In this document: positions 19,815 to 30,268 of the stretch, piece by piece
Layout: every line of letters begins with the position of its first letter
Numbering within the stretch: the stretch's first letter is position 1
NCBI GenBank assembly: GCA_963718665.1
Contig: OY970359.1
Span: forward strand, 1,024,001-1,088,000
Length of the DNA: 64,000 bases
Source of the DNA: an uncultured Phycisphaerales bacterium
GTDB lineage: Bacteria > Planctomycetota > Phycisphaerae > Sedimentisphaerales > Anaerobacaceae
Direction: 5' to 3'
Position numbers and translations under genes: made by a program
Notes under the pieces: model-generated
Seen by the model: the letters and a program-made list of their open reading frames with translations, nothing else
Database searches by the model: none
Told to the model about the DNA's origin: nothing

Positions 19815-20043
19815 TTTAAAACTCCTTAATATTTAACGCTGTGTTACGGGCTGATAATACCCTTTTTAGACAAGATACACACAAAGCCCTGAATAGGTAA
19901 TTGGGGAAATGCTTAATTGATGCTTCGCAATCGCTTAGTCCAGAGCGGACTCCAAAGCAGCCGATATATAAGAGGAAACAAGAATTTGAAGCAAAACGTA
20001 GAATAAGCGAAGAACTTAGGGTATTATGGACGAGAGGTCAAAA

Positions 20044-22485
20044 ATGGAACACTATGTTTGTATTCACGGACACTTTTACCAGCCGCCGAGAGAGAACCCG
20101 TGGCTGGAAGAGGTGGAGCTGCAGGATTCGGCCTATCCCTACCACGACTGGAACGAGAGGATAACCGAAGAATGCTACAGGCCCAACATGGCCTCGCGGA
20201 TACTCGGCCCCGACCGCAAAATTATCGACATCGTCAACAACTACTCCAAAATCAGTTTCGACTTCGGCCCCACGCTGCTGTCGTGGCTTGAAAGGCACGC
20301 ACCGGATGTTTATCAGGGAGTGATTGATGCCGACAAAAAAAGCCAAGAGCGATTTTCAGGACACGGTGCGGCCATCGCCCAGGCGTATAACCATATCGTT
20401 ATGCCTCTTGCCAACGGCCGGGACAAACGCACGCAGGTTGCCTGGGGGATATACGATTTTGAGCACAGGTTTGGCAGAAAGCCGGAGGGTATGTGGCTTC
20501 CCGAAACCGCCACGGATTTAGAGACGCTCGACATACTCGCCGAGTACGAGATTAAATTCACGATACTTTCTCCTCATCAGGCCAAGCGCGTCCGCAGTAT
20601 TGGCGCAACGGACTGGATAAATATCGAGAAAGATAAAATTGACACAACAAAACCGTATCTTTGCCGGCTTGCCTCAGGACGAACGATAAGTTTGTTTTTC
20701 TACCACGGGCCGGTCGCCAATGAAGTGGCCAACGGCCATATCTTGCAGAACGGCGAGGTTTTCGCTAAAAAACTTAACTGGATTTTCACGGGGAGCAATG
20801 CGGAACACCAGCTTGCCCACATCGCCACCGACGGCGAGACATTCGGCCATCATCACCGTTACACCGATATGGCGCTTGCCTATTGCCTTCATTACGTTGA
20901 GGCCAACAAACTCGCGAAACTAACGGTGTATGGCGAATACCTCGAAAAATATCCCCCAGCCGAAGAGGTTGAGATTTACGAGAACAGCTCGTGGAGCTGC
21001 AGCCACGGAGTGGAAAGATGGAAGGCAAACTGCGGCTGTAATTACGGACGCTTTCCCTCGGGCAAACAGCAATGGCGTGCGCCTCTGCGGGAGGCAATGA
21101 ACTGGCTCAGAGACCGGCTCGCGGAAATTTACGAAAGCAGGATGAAGCAGTTTGTCGCTGACCCGTGGGGACTAAGGGACAAGTATATAGCGGTCATAAA
21201 TGACAGGTCCGCCGAAAACATGGAGAAATTTATAACCGAGTCGGCGGGCAGCGACCTGGATTTCGGCGAGAAGGTGATTTTTCTCAAACTGCTGGAAATA
21301 CAAAGAAACGCCCTGCTTATGTTTACAAGCTGCGGATGGTTTTTTGACGACATCAGCGGCATTGAAACGCTCCAGATAATGCAATACGCCTCGCGGGCGA
21401 TTCAATTAGCTAAAGAAATAGAAAACAGGGATTTTGAACCTGAGTTTGAATCGATACTCAAAAATGCGCCTACAAATGAAAAAGAATTCGCCGACGGAAA
21501 AGCCGTATATGAACGATACATTAAAACCAGCACGGTTGATTTGAACCGTGTGGCGGTGCATTTCGCGATAAGCTCGATATTCACGGAACATCCAAAGGAG
21601 CAGACGAGCATTTACTGCTACTCCGCCAGGACGGAGATATACGAACGGACGGAGGCGGGAATCCAAGTGCTTGTTACAGGCAGGGCCACGGTGCAGTCGG
21701 CCATTGTTCTGGAAGAATACACGGTGGATTTCGCTGCGTTACACCGGGGAGACCCGTATATAATCGCCGCCGGCAAAGGGCGTATGTCCGACAGTTTGTT
21801 TTCAGCCATCCAGCACGATTTGAAAACCGCTTTTCTCAAAGGGGACACCAATGAGGTTATGCGCCTGATGAACGTGGCGTTTGCGGGCCAGAGTTATTCG
21901 CTGTGGCATCTTTTCAAGGATGAGCAAAGGCATATCCTCAACCAGCTGCTCGATACGACCTGGCTTGAGATTGAGGCGTCGTTTCGGCACATTTACGAGC
22001 ACAACTACGCGATAATGCAGGCGATGCGCGGAATGAATATCCCGCTGCCAAAAGCCCTGGCCGGCCCTGCTGAGTTCATACTGAACGAGGCGCTGTGCAA
22101 AATAATCCGGGATGAGCGGGATGAGCACGCCACCCTGCTTGAACATCTTCAAATACTGGCCGACGAAGCAACCAGATTTTCCCTTCAGCTCGATAAAGCC
22201 ACTATCCAGTTCGAGGCGAGCAAGAAGATAAACCGGCTTATGACCCAACTGGAAGAGTCCCCTGAAAATACCGAGCTTCTTGAAGCGATAGAGGCAACGG
22301 TGAGGATTTTACTGTCAATCGTAACGGAGCTTAATCTTCAGACGGCTCAAAACGTATTCTTCGATATCAGCAAAAAGACATATCCGGAAATGAACAAAAA
22401 AGCCCAGGCGGGCGACCAGGTGTCGCAAAAATGGGTTGAACATTTCACGAAACTGGCAAGATATTTGGGAGTTAAGCTGCCATAA
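20044..22485 (+). CDS. GH57 family protein with DUF3536 domain
   Basis: IHGHFYQPPRENPW, GMWLPET, ATDGETFGHH, MFTSCGWFFD. Confidence 0.92.
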   Translation: MEHYVCIHGHFYQPPRENPWLEEVELQDSAYPYHDWNERITEECYRPNMASRILGPDRKIIDIVNNYSKISFDFGPTLLSWLERHAPDVYQGVIDADKKSQERFSGHGAAIAQAYNHIVMPLANGRDKRTQVAWGIYDFEHRFGRKPEGMWLPETATDLETLDILAEYEIKFTILSPHQAKRVRSIGATDWINIEKDKIDTTKPYLCRLASGRTISLFFYHGPVANEVANGHILQNGEVFAKKLNWIFTGSNAEHQLAHIATDGETFGHHHRYTDMALAYCLHYVEANKLAKLTVYGEYLEKYPPAEEVEIYENSSWSCSHGVERWKANCGCNYGRFPSGKQQWRAPLREAMNWLRDRLAEIYESRMKQFVADPWGLRDKYIAVINDRSAENMEKFITESAGSDLDFGEKVIFLKLLEIQRNALLMFTSCGWFFDDISGIETLQIMQYASRAIQLAKEIENRDFEPEFESILKNAPTNEKEFADGKAVYERYIKTSTVDLNRVAVHFAISSIFTEHPKEQTSIYCYSARTEIYERTEAGIQVLVTGRATVQSAIVLEEYTVDFAALHRGDPYIIAAGKGRMSDSLFSAIQHDLKTAFLKGDTNEVMRLMNVAFAGQSYSLWHLFKDEQRHILNQLLDTTWLEIEASFRHIYEHNYAIMQAMRGMNIPLPKALAGPAEFILNEALCKIIRDERDEHATLLEHLQILADEATRFSLQLDKATIQFEASKKINRLMTQLEESPENTELLEAIEATVRILLSIVTELNLQTAQNVFFDISKKTYPEMNKKAQAGDQVSQKWVEHFTKLARYLGVKLP

Positions 22486-22511
22486 GGGCTATGCCGCCGG
22501 GAAAAACGACT

Positions 22512-24014
22512 ATGACGCAAAAAAGAGCAAGCGGCTTACTTCTGCACATAACTTCGCTTCCATCAAAATACGGCATAGGCGACCTCGGCCCGCAGGCATA
22601 CAGGTTTGCTGATTTTCTCGCACGGGCAAAACAAAAGTTTTGGCAGATGCTGCCCCTGAACCCACTTACTCTCAGGCAAAATCCTTATTCGCCGTATAAC
22701 TGCATCTCCGCCTTCGCGGGCAACTCACTCCTTATCAGCCCGGATTTGTTATATCAACAGGGTCTTTTGCTCAAAGACCAACTTCAGGATTGTCCCCGCT
22801 TTGCAAAGTCAAAGGTTGAATATCCCAAAGTTGTCTCTTATAAGACAAAATTATTGAACGCCGCATACGAACGATTCAAAGTTTCAAAAAAGCAAAGCGA
22901 TTACGAGCGGTTTTGTATCGAGAACGCGACCTGGCTTGATGATTTCGCGTTGTTTGTCGCGCTGCGTCGGCACTTCGGACGCATCTTATGGTGCGACTGG
23001 CCCGCAAAACTGCGCGATAGATATAAGGATGCAATCAAGACTGCTGGAAACGCTTTTGCGGAAGCAATCGGCAGGGAAAAATTTTTTCAATATCTGTTTT
23101 TTAAGCAATTGGTCTCTCTCAAGAGCTACTGCAAACAGCTCGGAATCAAACTGATTGGCGATATTCCGATTTATGTCGCGTATGACAGCGCTGATGTCTG
23201 GAGTAATCCTGAAATCTTCAAACTGACCAAAGCTAAAAAAAACCGTTTTATCGCAGGCGTGCCGCCCGATTATTTCAGCAAAACGGGGCAGTTATGGAGC
23301 AACCCCGTTTATGACTGGGCAGCGTTGAAAAATACTCGGTATCGCTGGTGGCTCGAACGTATAGGACACAATCTTAAACTGTTCGATATAGTCAGAATTG
23401 ACCATTTCAGGGGTTTCTTCGCTTACTGGCAGGTTCCCGCGGATAGCTCAACCGCGGCCAATGGCAAGTGGGTGAAATGTCCCTATGAGGATTTTTTCAA
23501 TACGCTGTTTAAGCGATTGGACCCGCAATCAATCATAGCGGAAGATTTGGGACTTATTACGTCCGACGTCAAAACGTTTATCGAAAAACATCACCTGACT
23601 GGAATGCGTGTGCTTCAGTTCGGCTTCGACGGCAATCTCGCCAAAAATCCGCACTTCCCGGCCAACCACATAAAAAATACGATTGTCTATACCGGCACGC
23701 ACGACAACAATACCGCCGTCGGCTGGTTCACAAAAGACGCGACCGCGGCGCAAAAGAAGATTCTCTTTGCGTGCCTCGGGCGCAAGGTTTCGACCAATCA
23801 GATAAATTGGGGACTTATAAAACTCGCGATGAGCTCCACTGGCAATCTTGCTATAATTCCCGTGCAGGATGTTTTAGGACTGGGCGAATCAGCCCGTATG
23901 AATCGCCCCGCCAGGATAAAAGGCAACTGGCAATGGCGGCTGCATCCGGGCCAGCTTACGCCTCAAATCTCAAAGAAGATTGCAAAGTTGTCTGCTGCCA
24001 GCCGCAGGACATAA
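22512..24014 (+). CDS. malQ: 4-alpha-glucanotransferase (GH77)
   Basis: GLLLHITSLP, GVPPDYFSKTGQLW, RIDHFRG, IAEDLG, YTGTHDN. Confidence 0.95.
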   Translation: MTQKRASGLLLHITSLPSKYGIGDLGPQAYRFADFLARAKQKFWQMLPLNPLTLRQNPYSPYNCISAFAGNSLLISPDLLYQQGLLLKDQLQDCPRFAKSKVEYPKVVSYKTKLLNAAYERFKVSKKQSDYERFCIENATWLDDFALFVALRRHFGRILWCDWPAKLRDRYKDAIKTAGNAFAEAIGREKFFQYLFFKQLVSLKSYCKQLGIKLIGDIPIYVAYDSADVWSNPEIFKLTKAKKNRFIAGVPPDYFSKTGQLWSNPVYDWAALKNTRYRWWLERIGHNLKLFDIVRIDHFRGFFAYWQVPADSSTAANGKWVKCPYEDFFNTLFKRLDPQSIIAEDLGLITSDVKTFIEKHHLTGMRVLQFGFDGNLAKNPHFPANHIKNTIVYTGTHDNNTAVGWFTKDATAAQKKILFACLGRKVSTNQINWGLIKLAMSSTGNLAIIPVQDVLGLGESARMNRPARIKGNWQWRLHPGQLTPQISKKIAKLSAASRRT

Positions 24015-24025
24015 AATCGCCGGCG

Positions 24026-26569
24026 TTACTCACTCCACTTGACCATTTCGGGGTGCAAATCCTGCACCGTCGGGTCGGCGGGCCTTATGCGGGCGCTTAT
24101 ATTCTGCAATCCATATCCCTCGATTTGGGCAGAACATTCGTAATAAGCAATGTTGCCCTGCCTGGATTTAAACGACATCGGAATAATTTTGTAATTCTGC
24201 CTGTCGCCTGGCATATGGAACAGCTCGACGGTAAATAATTCGGTCGGCGCATGCCCCAAATCCACAACGCATTTCGCTTCGAGAGTGTCCCCTTCGCAGA
24301 CGCACTCTTTTTTATCCAGGTTGGTGGTAAGCTCTTTAACCACTATGTAATTCCAGCCTTTGAAAATCTCCTGTTCCCGGCCGATTGCCTCCCGGAGACG
24401 CTGACGGTTATTCTCGCGGAGCAGTTCGTGCTCTTTTGTCGCGGTGGCGTAAAACTTCCTGGAATAATCAACCAGCACCCTGTTCATATTGAAATTGCCG
24501 CAAACCGAGATGATGGATTCTTTCATCATACCCACCCATCGTTTTGGAATACCCGCTTCATTGCGCTCGTAAAACAGCTCCGCCACTTCTTCTTCGAGCA
24601 GGTCGTAAATCTGGTTTGCCTCGGCGGTTTCCTGCAGCTCGGTATGAACGTAGAATTTGCCCGCGGTTATCTGCCAGCCGTTTTTGCCGTTGTAACCTTC
24701 CGCCCACCAGCCGTCGGGGACGCTGAGGTTCAGGATGCCGTTCATCGCCGCCTTCATCCCTGATGTGCCGCTGGCCTCGTTTTCCATTACCGGGGTATTG
24801 AGCCATACGTCGGCTCCCCAGGCAAGATGCCTCGCCACGTCTATATCGTAATTCTCAAGGAAAATCACCCTGTCTTCGAGCTTGCGGTCTCGCGCGAAAT
24901 CCAGGATTTCCTTAATCATATATTTGCCCGCGGCATCGGCTGGATGCGCCTTGCCTGCGAATATAAGCTGAACGGGCCTTTTGGGATTCGTGAGTATTTT
25001 CACTAATCGTTCCTTGTCCTTAAGTAGAAGCGTCGCGCGTTTGTAAGGAGCAAAACGTCTGGCGAAGACAACCGTCAGATACTCCGGGTTAAAGAGGCGC
25101 GTGATATTGGTAATCTTTGGCTGCGAATAACCCCTGGCGATAAGGTCCCCTGCAAGTTTTCTGCGAATGAATTCTATCAGGTTGAGCTTGTTTTTATGAT
25201 GGGCTTCCCAAATCTCCTCATCCGGCGTATCAGCGAGTTTTTGCCATATACGTCCTTTATCGCGGCAATGTATGAAACCGGGGCCGATATGGTGATTGAA
25301 GAGATTCGTAAACGGTTCGCTAATCCACGACCAGTGAACGCCGTTGGTTACGTAATCTATCGGGATTTCTATCTGCTGCATCCCGGGGAACAGCCCCGCC
25401 CACATTTTGCGGGAAACGTCCCCGTGTATCTTCGAGACGCCATTGACGTACCTGGAAAATCTTATCGCCAGCGCAGGCAGCCAGAAGGTGTCCTTGTTAT
25501 TTTCGATAAATGCGTACGCGCTGAATTCGTCGAATGAAAGACCAATCTGTCTTATTTCCGGCTCGAGATATTTTTTTGCCATCTTGGTGTCGAAGTGCTC
25601 GTTGCCGGCTATTACGGGCGTGTGCGTTGTAAAAACGGTAGAAGTTCTAATCAGCGCCCTGGCCTCGGAAAATGATATTTTCTCTTCGGCCATCAGCTTC
25701 TGCAGCCGGGCGATTATCAGAAAAGCGGAATGCCCCTCGTTTATATGATAGATATTCGGCTTGATGTTCAATAACGCAAGTGCTTTTATCCCGCCAAGCC
25801 CAAGCACCACTTCCTGCTGGATTCGTTTATCTTTGTCCGCGACATACAACTCGTTTGTGATGTCCCTGAGGTATTGCGGGTTACTCTCGACGTTGGTATC
25901 GAGCAGAATCAGCTTCGTCCGCCCGACATCAATCTGCCAGAGTTTAATTTCACAATTTTCGCCGAGTATCTTTGTTTCAACAAACGCGGGCCTGCCGTCA
26001 GCGAGACGTATCTCCTTTATCGGCAGGTAATGATTTTCAAGCTCGATGAACAGCTCTTCCTGCCGCCCCTCAAGATTAATGCGTTGAGTGAAATAGCCGA
26101 ACCTGTAAATGAGTCCCACGCCTATAACCTGCATCCCCAAATCCGAGGCGGTCTTAAGGTAGTCCCCGGCCAGAATACCCAGTCCGCCGCTGTATATCGG
26201 CATAGATTCGTGAAGACCGAATTCCATTGAGAAGTAGGCGATAACGTTGTTCTTGCTAATGCCGCAGTCGTCGCCGCCGTTTTGCGGTGTCCCGCTGTAC
26301 TTCATATATTCGTCGAATTTCTGCCAGACTCTGTCAAGTTCGAGCAGAAAAACCCTGTCGCCGGCAAGCTCATTCATTTTTGCTTCAGGGAGGTCCAGAA
26401 GAAATTTTACCGGGTTATGATTGACCGACCTGAACAGGTGGGTATCAATACGGTAAAAAAGATTTACCGCGTCATAGTCCCAGAGACACCACAAATTGTG
26501 AGCAAGTTCATACAGCTTGCCTAAGTTCTCCGGGTAACGCGGATACACGAAAATATTCTTAAAAGCCAT
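24026..26569 (-). CDS. glgP: Alpha-glucan (glycogen) phosphorylase
   Basis: AYFSMEFG, YSGGLGILAGD, FARRFAPYKR, EASGTSGMKA PLP site. Confidence 0.95.
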   Translation of the reverse strand: MAFKNIFVYPRYPENLGKLYELAHNLWCLWDYDAVNLFYRIDTHLFRSVNHNPVKFLLDLPEAKMNELAGDRVFLLELDRVWQKFDEYMKYSGTPQNGGDDCGISKNNVIAYFSMEFGLHESMPIYSGGLGILAGDYLKTASDLGMQVIGVGLIYRFGYFTQRINLEGRQEELFIELENHYLPIKEIRLADGRPAFVETKILGENCEIKLWQIDVGRTKLILLDTNVESNPQYLRDITNELYVADKDKRIQQEVVLGLGGIKALALLNIKPNIYHINEGHSAFLIIARLQKLMAEEKISFSEARALIRTSTVFTTHTPVIAGNEHFDTKMAKKYLEPEIRQIGLSFDEFSAYAFIENNKDTFWLPALAIRFSRYVNGVSKIHGDVSRKMWAGLFPGMQQIEIPIDYVTNGVHWSWISEPFTNLFNHHIGPGFIHCRDKGRIWQKLADTPDEEIWEAHHKNKLNLIEFIRRKLAGDLIARGYSQPKITNITRLFNPEYLTVVFARRFAPYKRATLLLKDKERLVKILTNPKRPVQLIFAGKAHPADAAGKYMIKEILDFARDRKLEDRVIFLENYDIDVARHLAWGADVWLNTPVMENEASGTSGMKAAMNGILNLSVPDGWWAEGYNGKNGWQITAGKFYVHTELQETAEANQIYDLLEEEVAELFYERNEAGIPKRWVGMMKESIISVCGNFNMNRVLVDYSRKFYATATKEHELLRENNRQRLREAIGREQEIFKGWNYIVVKELTTNLDKKECVCEGDTLEAKCVVDLGHAPTELFTVELFHMPGDRQNYKIIPMSFKSRQGNIAYYECSAQIEGYGLQNISARIRPADPTVQDLHPEMVKWSE

Positions 26570-26750
26570 ATATTCGACTCCTTAGTTTCGCTTCACTGCC
26601 AAACACCCATATACTTATAGTGTTATACGCTGCCGGGTCAAATATAGTTTTGACGATAAATTCAGCGACACGAAAGTAACTCAATAAGCCGCAACCCGGA
26701 CAAAGCAACGCCTGGGGCGGATTAGTGACCTTTATAACCCAACAAGGGTA

Positions 26751-27059
26751 CTACTCTTTCCTGCGACGATACAGCAGGCCGCCCAGTCCCAGCAATGCAA
26801 GAGTCGTCATATCAGGAAGCTGGTGAATAATATCCGCCCCCGCAGAGGCAGTAGCCGGCCCCGGCCTGCCCGCATCGCTTATTTCAAGATATACGATACA
26901 AACCGAGCCGTCGTCGGACTGTATGCTGACCGCAATATCCGGGGACGTCATAACGGGGACATTATCGGCAGCAGAACTGTTGTTAAACGAAAGCCCCGCC
27001 TCGTTCGCGGCGAGGACGGTCAATCCGAGAACCATTATAAGCATCATTAACTTTTTCAT
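26751..27059 (-). CDS. Small secreted protein with PEP-CTERM-like sorting signal
   Basis: Signal peptide; C-terminal LPDMTTLALLGLGGLLYRRRKE; AAGGAG RBS. Confidence 0.75.
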   Translation of the reverse strand: MKKLMMLIMVLGLTVLAANEAGLSFNNSSAADNVPVMTSPDIAVSIQSDDGSVCIVYLEISDAGRPGPATASAGADIIHQLPDMTTLALLGLGGLLYRRRKE

Positions 27060-27502
27060 TTTTTCTCTCCTTAATACTTTTACTTTTAAACTTTCCTGAT
27101 GCTTGTATTTTCGTCATTGCCGGACAAAAAAGCATATAGGCAATATGCCTAATTTGTGTCTCACAAATGCCTATGGGGTAAGTATGAATAAAGGCAGTTG
27201 CAGGTTTGATTTAACGGACGGAAGGGATAAAAATTCTATCGGCGAAGGAAAACACCGGCGCAAAGCCGGCTCTTCCATAACCTGGCGTTAAAACTAATTT
27301 CGACGCCGTCGTGCTCTTCGACCGGCAGTGAACAAGTTCTTTCGAAATGACCCCGTGATGTCATTTTTGCCGTAATATCTCAGATATATTTGGTCTCTCG
27401 CCCTTTTTGAAAGCAGGTTAGCCCGATATAAAAAGTTATTTACAAACAGCAGCTTTTTTCGTATAATACGATGATTGGCTTTTTTACCGCTGCAAAAGGC
27501 AA

Positions 27503-30169
27503 TTGGCGCGAGGACGGGTGTTAATGCACTGGGTAATCGGAGAATCCTGTTGGAACAGCCGGAGCGTGTTTCGCCTGTTGGCGGCTCTGTCGTTATCTTC
27601 CCTTTTGTGGTGGTCCGGCATAACTTCGGCAGCCCCGATGACCGCCGGGAACGCCAAAAAACTGGCGCAGGCCTGGGTGGCCGCAAATCCGAAACCTATG
27701 GGCGCTCAATTAGGCAGGGAGATTGAAAGCGTTGAAACGTTTACGGATGCCAACAGCCAGCCCATTTACTACGTTGTTTATCTCAGGCCCAACGGCTTTG
27801 TAATCGTCCCGGCGGATGATGAGGTTGAGCCGGTTATTTGTTTTGCCCGGGCGGGCTGTTTCGACCCTTCTCCGGATAATCCCCTCGGCGCCCTTGTAAG
27901 CAGGGATTTGCCAGGCAGAGTAAATGCCGCAAGGACCATACAGAAAATGGTGCGTTCGGGCAAGGCCATCCAGAGTTTCACACAGCAGGAGATGGACATA
28001 AGACATTCGGGCGAGAAGGCCTTCGGCAAATGGTCAAAACTGCTCAACACCGCGGATTCCTGCTCAGTGCTGGCGATGTCTTCCGGCAGTATATCGGATG
28101 TCAGGGTTTCGCCCCTTTTACAAAGCGAATGGAGCCAGACAACCACTTGCTCATCAAACGCCTGCTACAATTATTACACCCCGCCCAATAGCAGCGGCAA
28201 TGTAAATAATTATCCCTGCGGCTGCGTTGCCACAGCGATGGCCCAATATATGCGGTTCTGGCAATACCCGACGACGAGTGTCGGGACAGGACGTTTTACA
28301 ATAAAGGTTGATAGCAGCTACGAATACGCGAATCTGCGGGGGGGCAACGGCTCCGGCGGTCCTTATGACTGGAACGATATGACGCTTGTCCCGGGTTGCA
28401 GCACGACGCTGACACAAATACAGGCCATCGGCGCACTGACATACGACGCGGGTGTGGCGGTGAAAATGCAATACGCGTCAGGCGGTTCAGGTGCGTATAT
28501 GAGCGATGCTGATACGGCGATGACAAGCACGTTTCATTACAGCAACTCGATATATGGCTATAACAACAACAATACCGTCAGCACCGCCGCGTTAAGCACT
28601 ATGCTTAATCCGAATCTTGACTGGGGTAACCCGGTAATACTTGGTATTGAAAATACTTCCAACAACAGCGGGCACGCCGTTGTGGCCGACGGATATGGGT
28701 ACGACAGCTCTACGCTGTATCATCATCTTAACCTTGGATGGGCAGGATCTTACGACGCGTGGTATAATTTGCCGAACATCGATGATTCCTATGATCCATT
28801 CAACGTTGTGGATAGCACAATATATAATATCTATATGAGCGGCTCAGGCGAGATTATCAGCGGGCGGGTAACTATAACGGGTTCGGGAACGCCGGGGACG
28901 CCAATTTCAGGGGCGACAGTAACCGCAACCAGGTCGGGTGGCACAACGTATTCGGCTGCTACAAACAGCAACGGTATTTATGCCATCGCCAAAATCCCGT
29001 CAAACTCAAGCTATACGGTATCCGTCGCGAAAACCGGCTATTCTTTCACAAGCAGACCGGCCTCTACGGGCAAGTCGAAGGATAGTTCGGCGACTTCGGG
29101 TAACTGCTGGGGGATAGATTTCAACGGAACTCAGCTTCAGACCGCCCCGGCAGCGACGGATTCGAATGTGTCCGTCTCGGCAGGAACAAGCCAGGTCATT
29201 ACTCTTCAGGCCACTGACGACGGCCTGCCCAATCCGCCAGGGGCGCTGACGTACATAATAACCTCGCTGCCTAAATACGGGACGCTCTCAGACCCCTGCG
29301 CCGGTCAAATCAACACTGTGCCGTATTCGCTTGTCAATTACGGTAATGATGTCAATTATACCTCGCGTATCTGCTATACAGGCGACGTCAATTTCCATTT
29401 CAAGGCAAACGACGGCGGCACTCCCCCGAATGGCGGCGATTCTAACATCGCAACAGTTAGTATTAACGTTCAGCAGCCCGCTCCCTCGATTATTTACGAA
29501 ACGTATTTTGATACGGGGTTGCCGACCGGCTGGACAATTGTACACGACGGCTCAGGCAGCCCAACGGATACCTGGCGGTCGGATAACCCGGCAGGTCGAA
29601 CAAGTCCTTACTGGACCGGCACATTTATGATTGTTGACAGCAACTACGCCGGCCCGGTCGATATGAATGAGCAGTTGATAACTCAAAATATCGATTGCAC
29701 AAATTTGACTGGCGTTACGCTAAGATTCGAACATGACTTTGAGTATTACGCCGTCGAGATTGGCGACGTCGATATCCAGGTTAACGGCGGCGCCTGGCAA
29801 AATATGGCCAGATACCAGGGGGCCGATTATGCCGGCCTGGTCGAGCTTGACCTGTCTGGTTTTGGAGCCGACGGCGCAGCCAGCGTGCAGATTCGCTGGC
29901 ATTATTACAACGCCAACTGTGACCTTTACTGGGGTGTTGATAACGTCCAGATAATCGCCACTCCTGTTGCAGCGGCACCACCTGGCGACTTCAATTTCGA
30001 TTGCGAAGTTGACTATGACGACCTTGCCATTTTTGCCGACGCCTGGCTAAGCAGCACAGGTCAGGCGAACTGGAACGCCAACTGCGACATCAGCCCGTCG
30101 GCTGACGGCATCATCAATGAGCTTGATTTTGCGGTCTTTGCGCAAAACTGGCTGGTCAATGTCAATTAG
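27503..30169 (+). CDS. C10 (streptopain/SpeB-like) cysteine peptidase with Ig-like accessory domains and dockerin-like C-terminus
   Basis: Propeptide GFVIVPADD, GCVATAMAQ (Cys), GHAVVADGY (His), HLNLGWAG, GDFNFDCEVDYDDL..DGIINELDFAVFAQNWL; exact start uncertain. Confidence 0.88.
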   Translation: MARGRVLMHWVIGESCWNSRSVFRLLAALSLSSLLWWSGITSAAPMTAGNAKKLAQAWVAANPKPMGAQLGREIESVETFTDANSQPIYYVVYLRPNGFVIVPADDEVEPVICFARAGCFDPSPDNPLGALVSRDLPGRVNAARTIQKMVRSGKAIQSFTQQEMDIRHSGEKAFGKWSKLLNTADSCSVLAMSSGSISDVRVSPLLQSEWSQTTTCSSNACYNYYTPPNSSGNVNNYPCGCVATAMAQYMRFWQYPTTSVGTGRFTIKVDSSYEYANLRGGNGSGGPYDWNDMTLVPGCSTTLTQIQAIGALTYDAGVAVKMQYASGGSGAYMSDADTAMTSTFHYSNSIYGYNNNNTVSTAALSTMLNPNLDWGNPVILGIENTSNNSGHAVVADGYGYDSSTLYHHLNLGWAGSYDAWYNLPNIDDSYDPFNVVDSTIYNIYMSGSGEIISGRVTITGSGTPGTPISGATVTATRSGGTTYSAATNSNGIYAIAKIPSNSSYTVSVAKTGYSFTSRPASTGKSKDSSATSGNCWGIDFNGTQLQTAPAATDSNVSVSAGTSQVITLQATDDGLPNPPGALTYIITSLPKYGTLSDPCAGQINTVPYSLVNYGNDVNYTSRICYTGDVNFHFKANDGGTPPNGGDSNIATVSINVQQPAPSIIYETYFDTGLPTGWTIVHDGSGSPTDTWRSDNPAGRTSPYWTGTFMIVDSNYAGPVDMNEQLITQNIDCTNLTGVTLRFEHDFEYYAVEIGDVDIQVNGGAWQNMARYQGADYAGLVELDLSGFGADGAASVQIRWHYYNANCDLYWGVDNVQIIATPVAAAPPGDFNFDCEVDYDDLAIFADAWLSSTGQANWNANCDISPSADGIINELDFAVFAQNWLVNVN

Positions 30170-30268
30170 CACAAGGTAATAATTGCCTGCTTAAAAGAAG
30201 TGGTCTTGCCTTTTTGTCCTGTGAAAAATATCTTGAGTCCGGCGCCTGGCTGTCTTTGGTTTTGTGTC

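Noticed and set aside
27240..27300. c-di-GMP-I riboswitch suggested by GCGCAAAGCC
   Set aside because: Only a simple CCGGC-GCAAA-GCCGG hairpin; the remaining riboswitch architecture could not be found.
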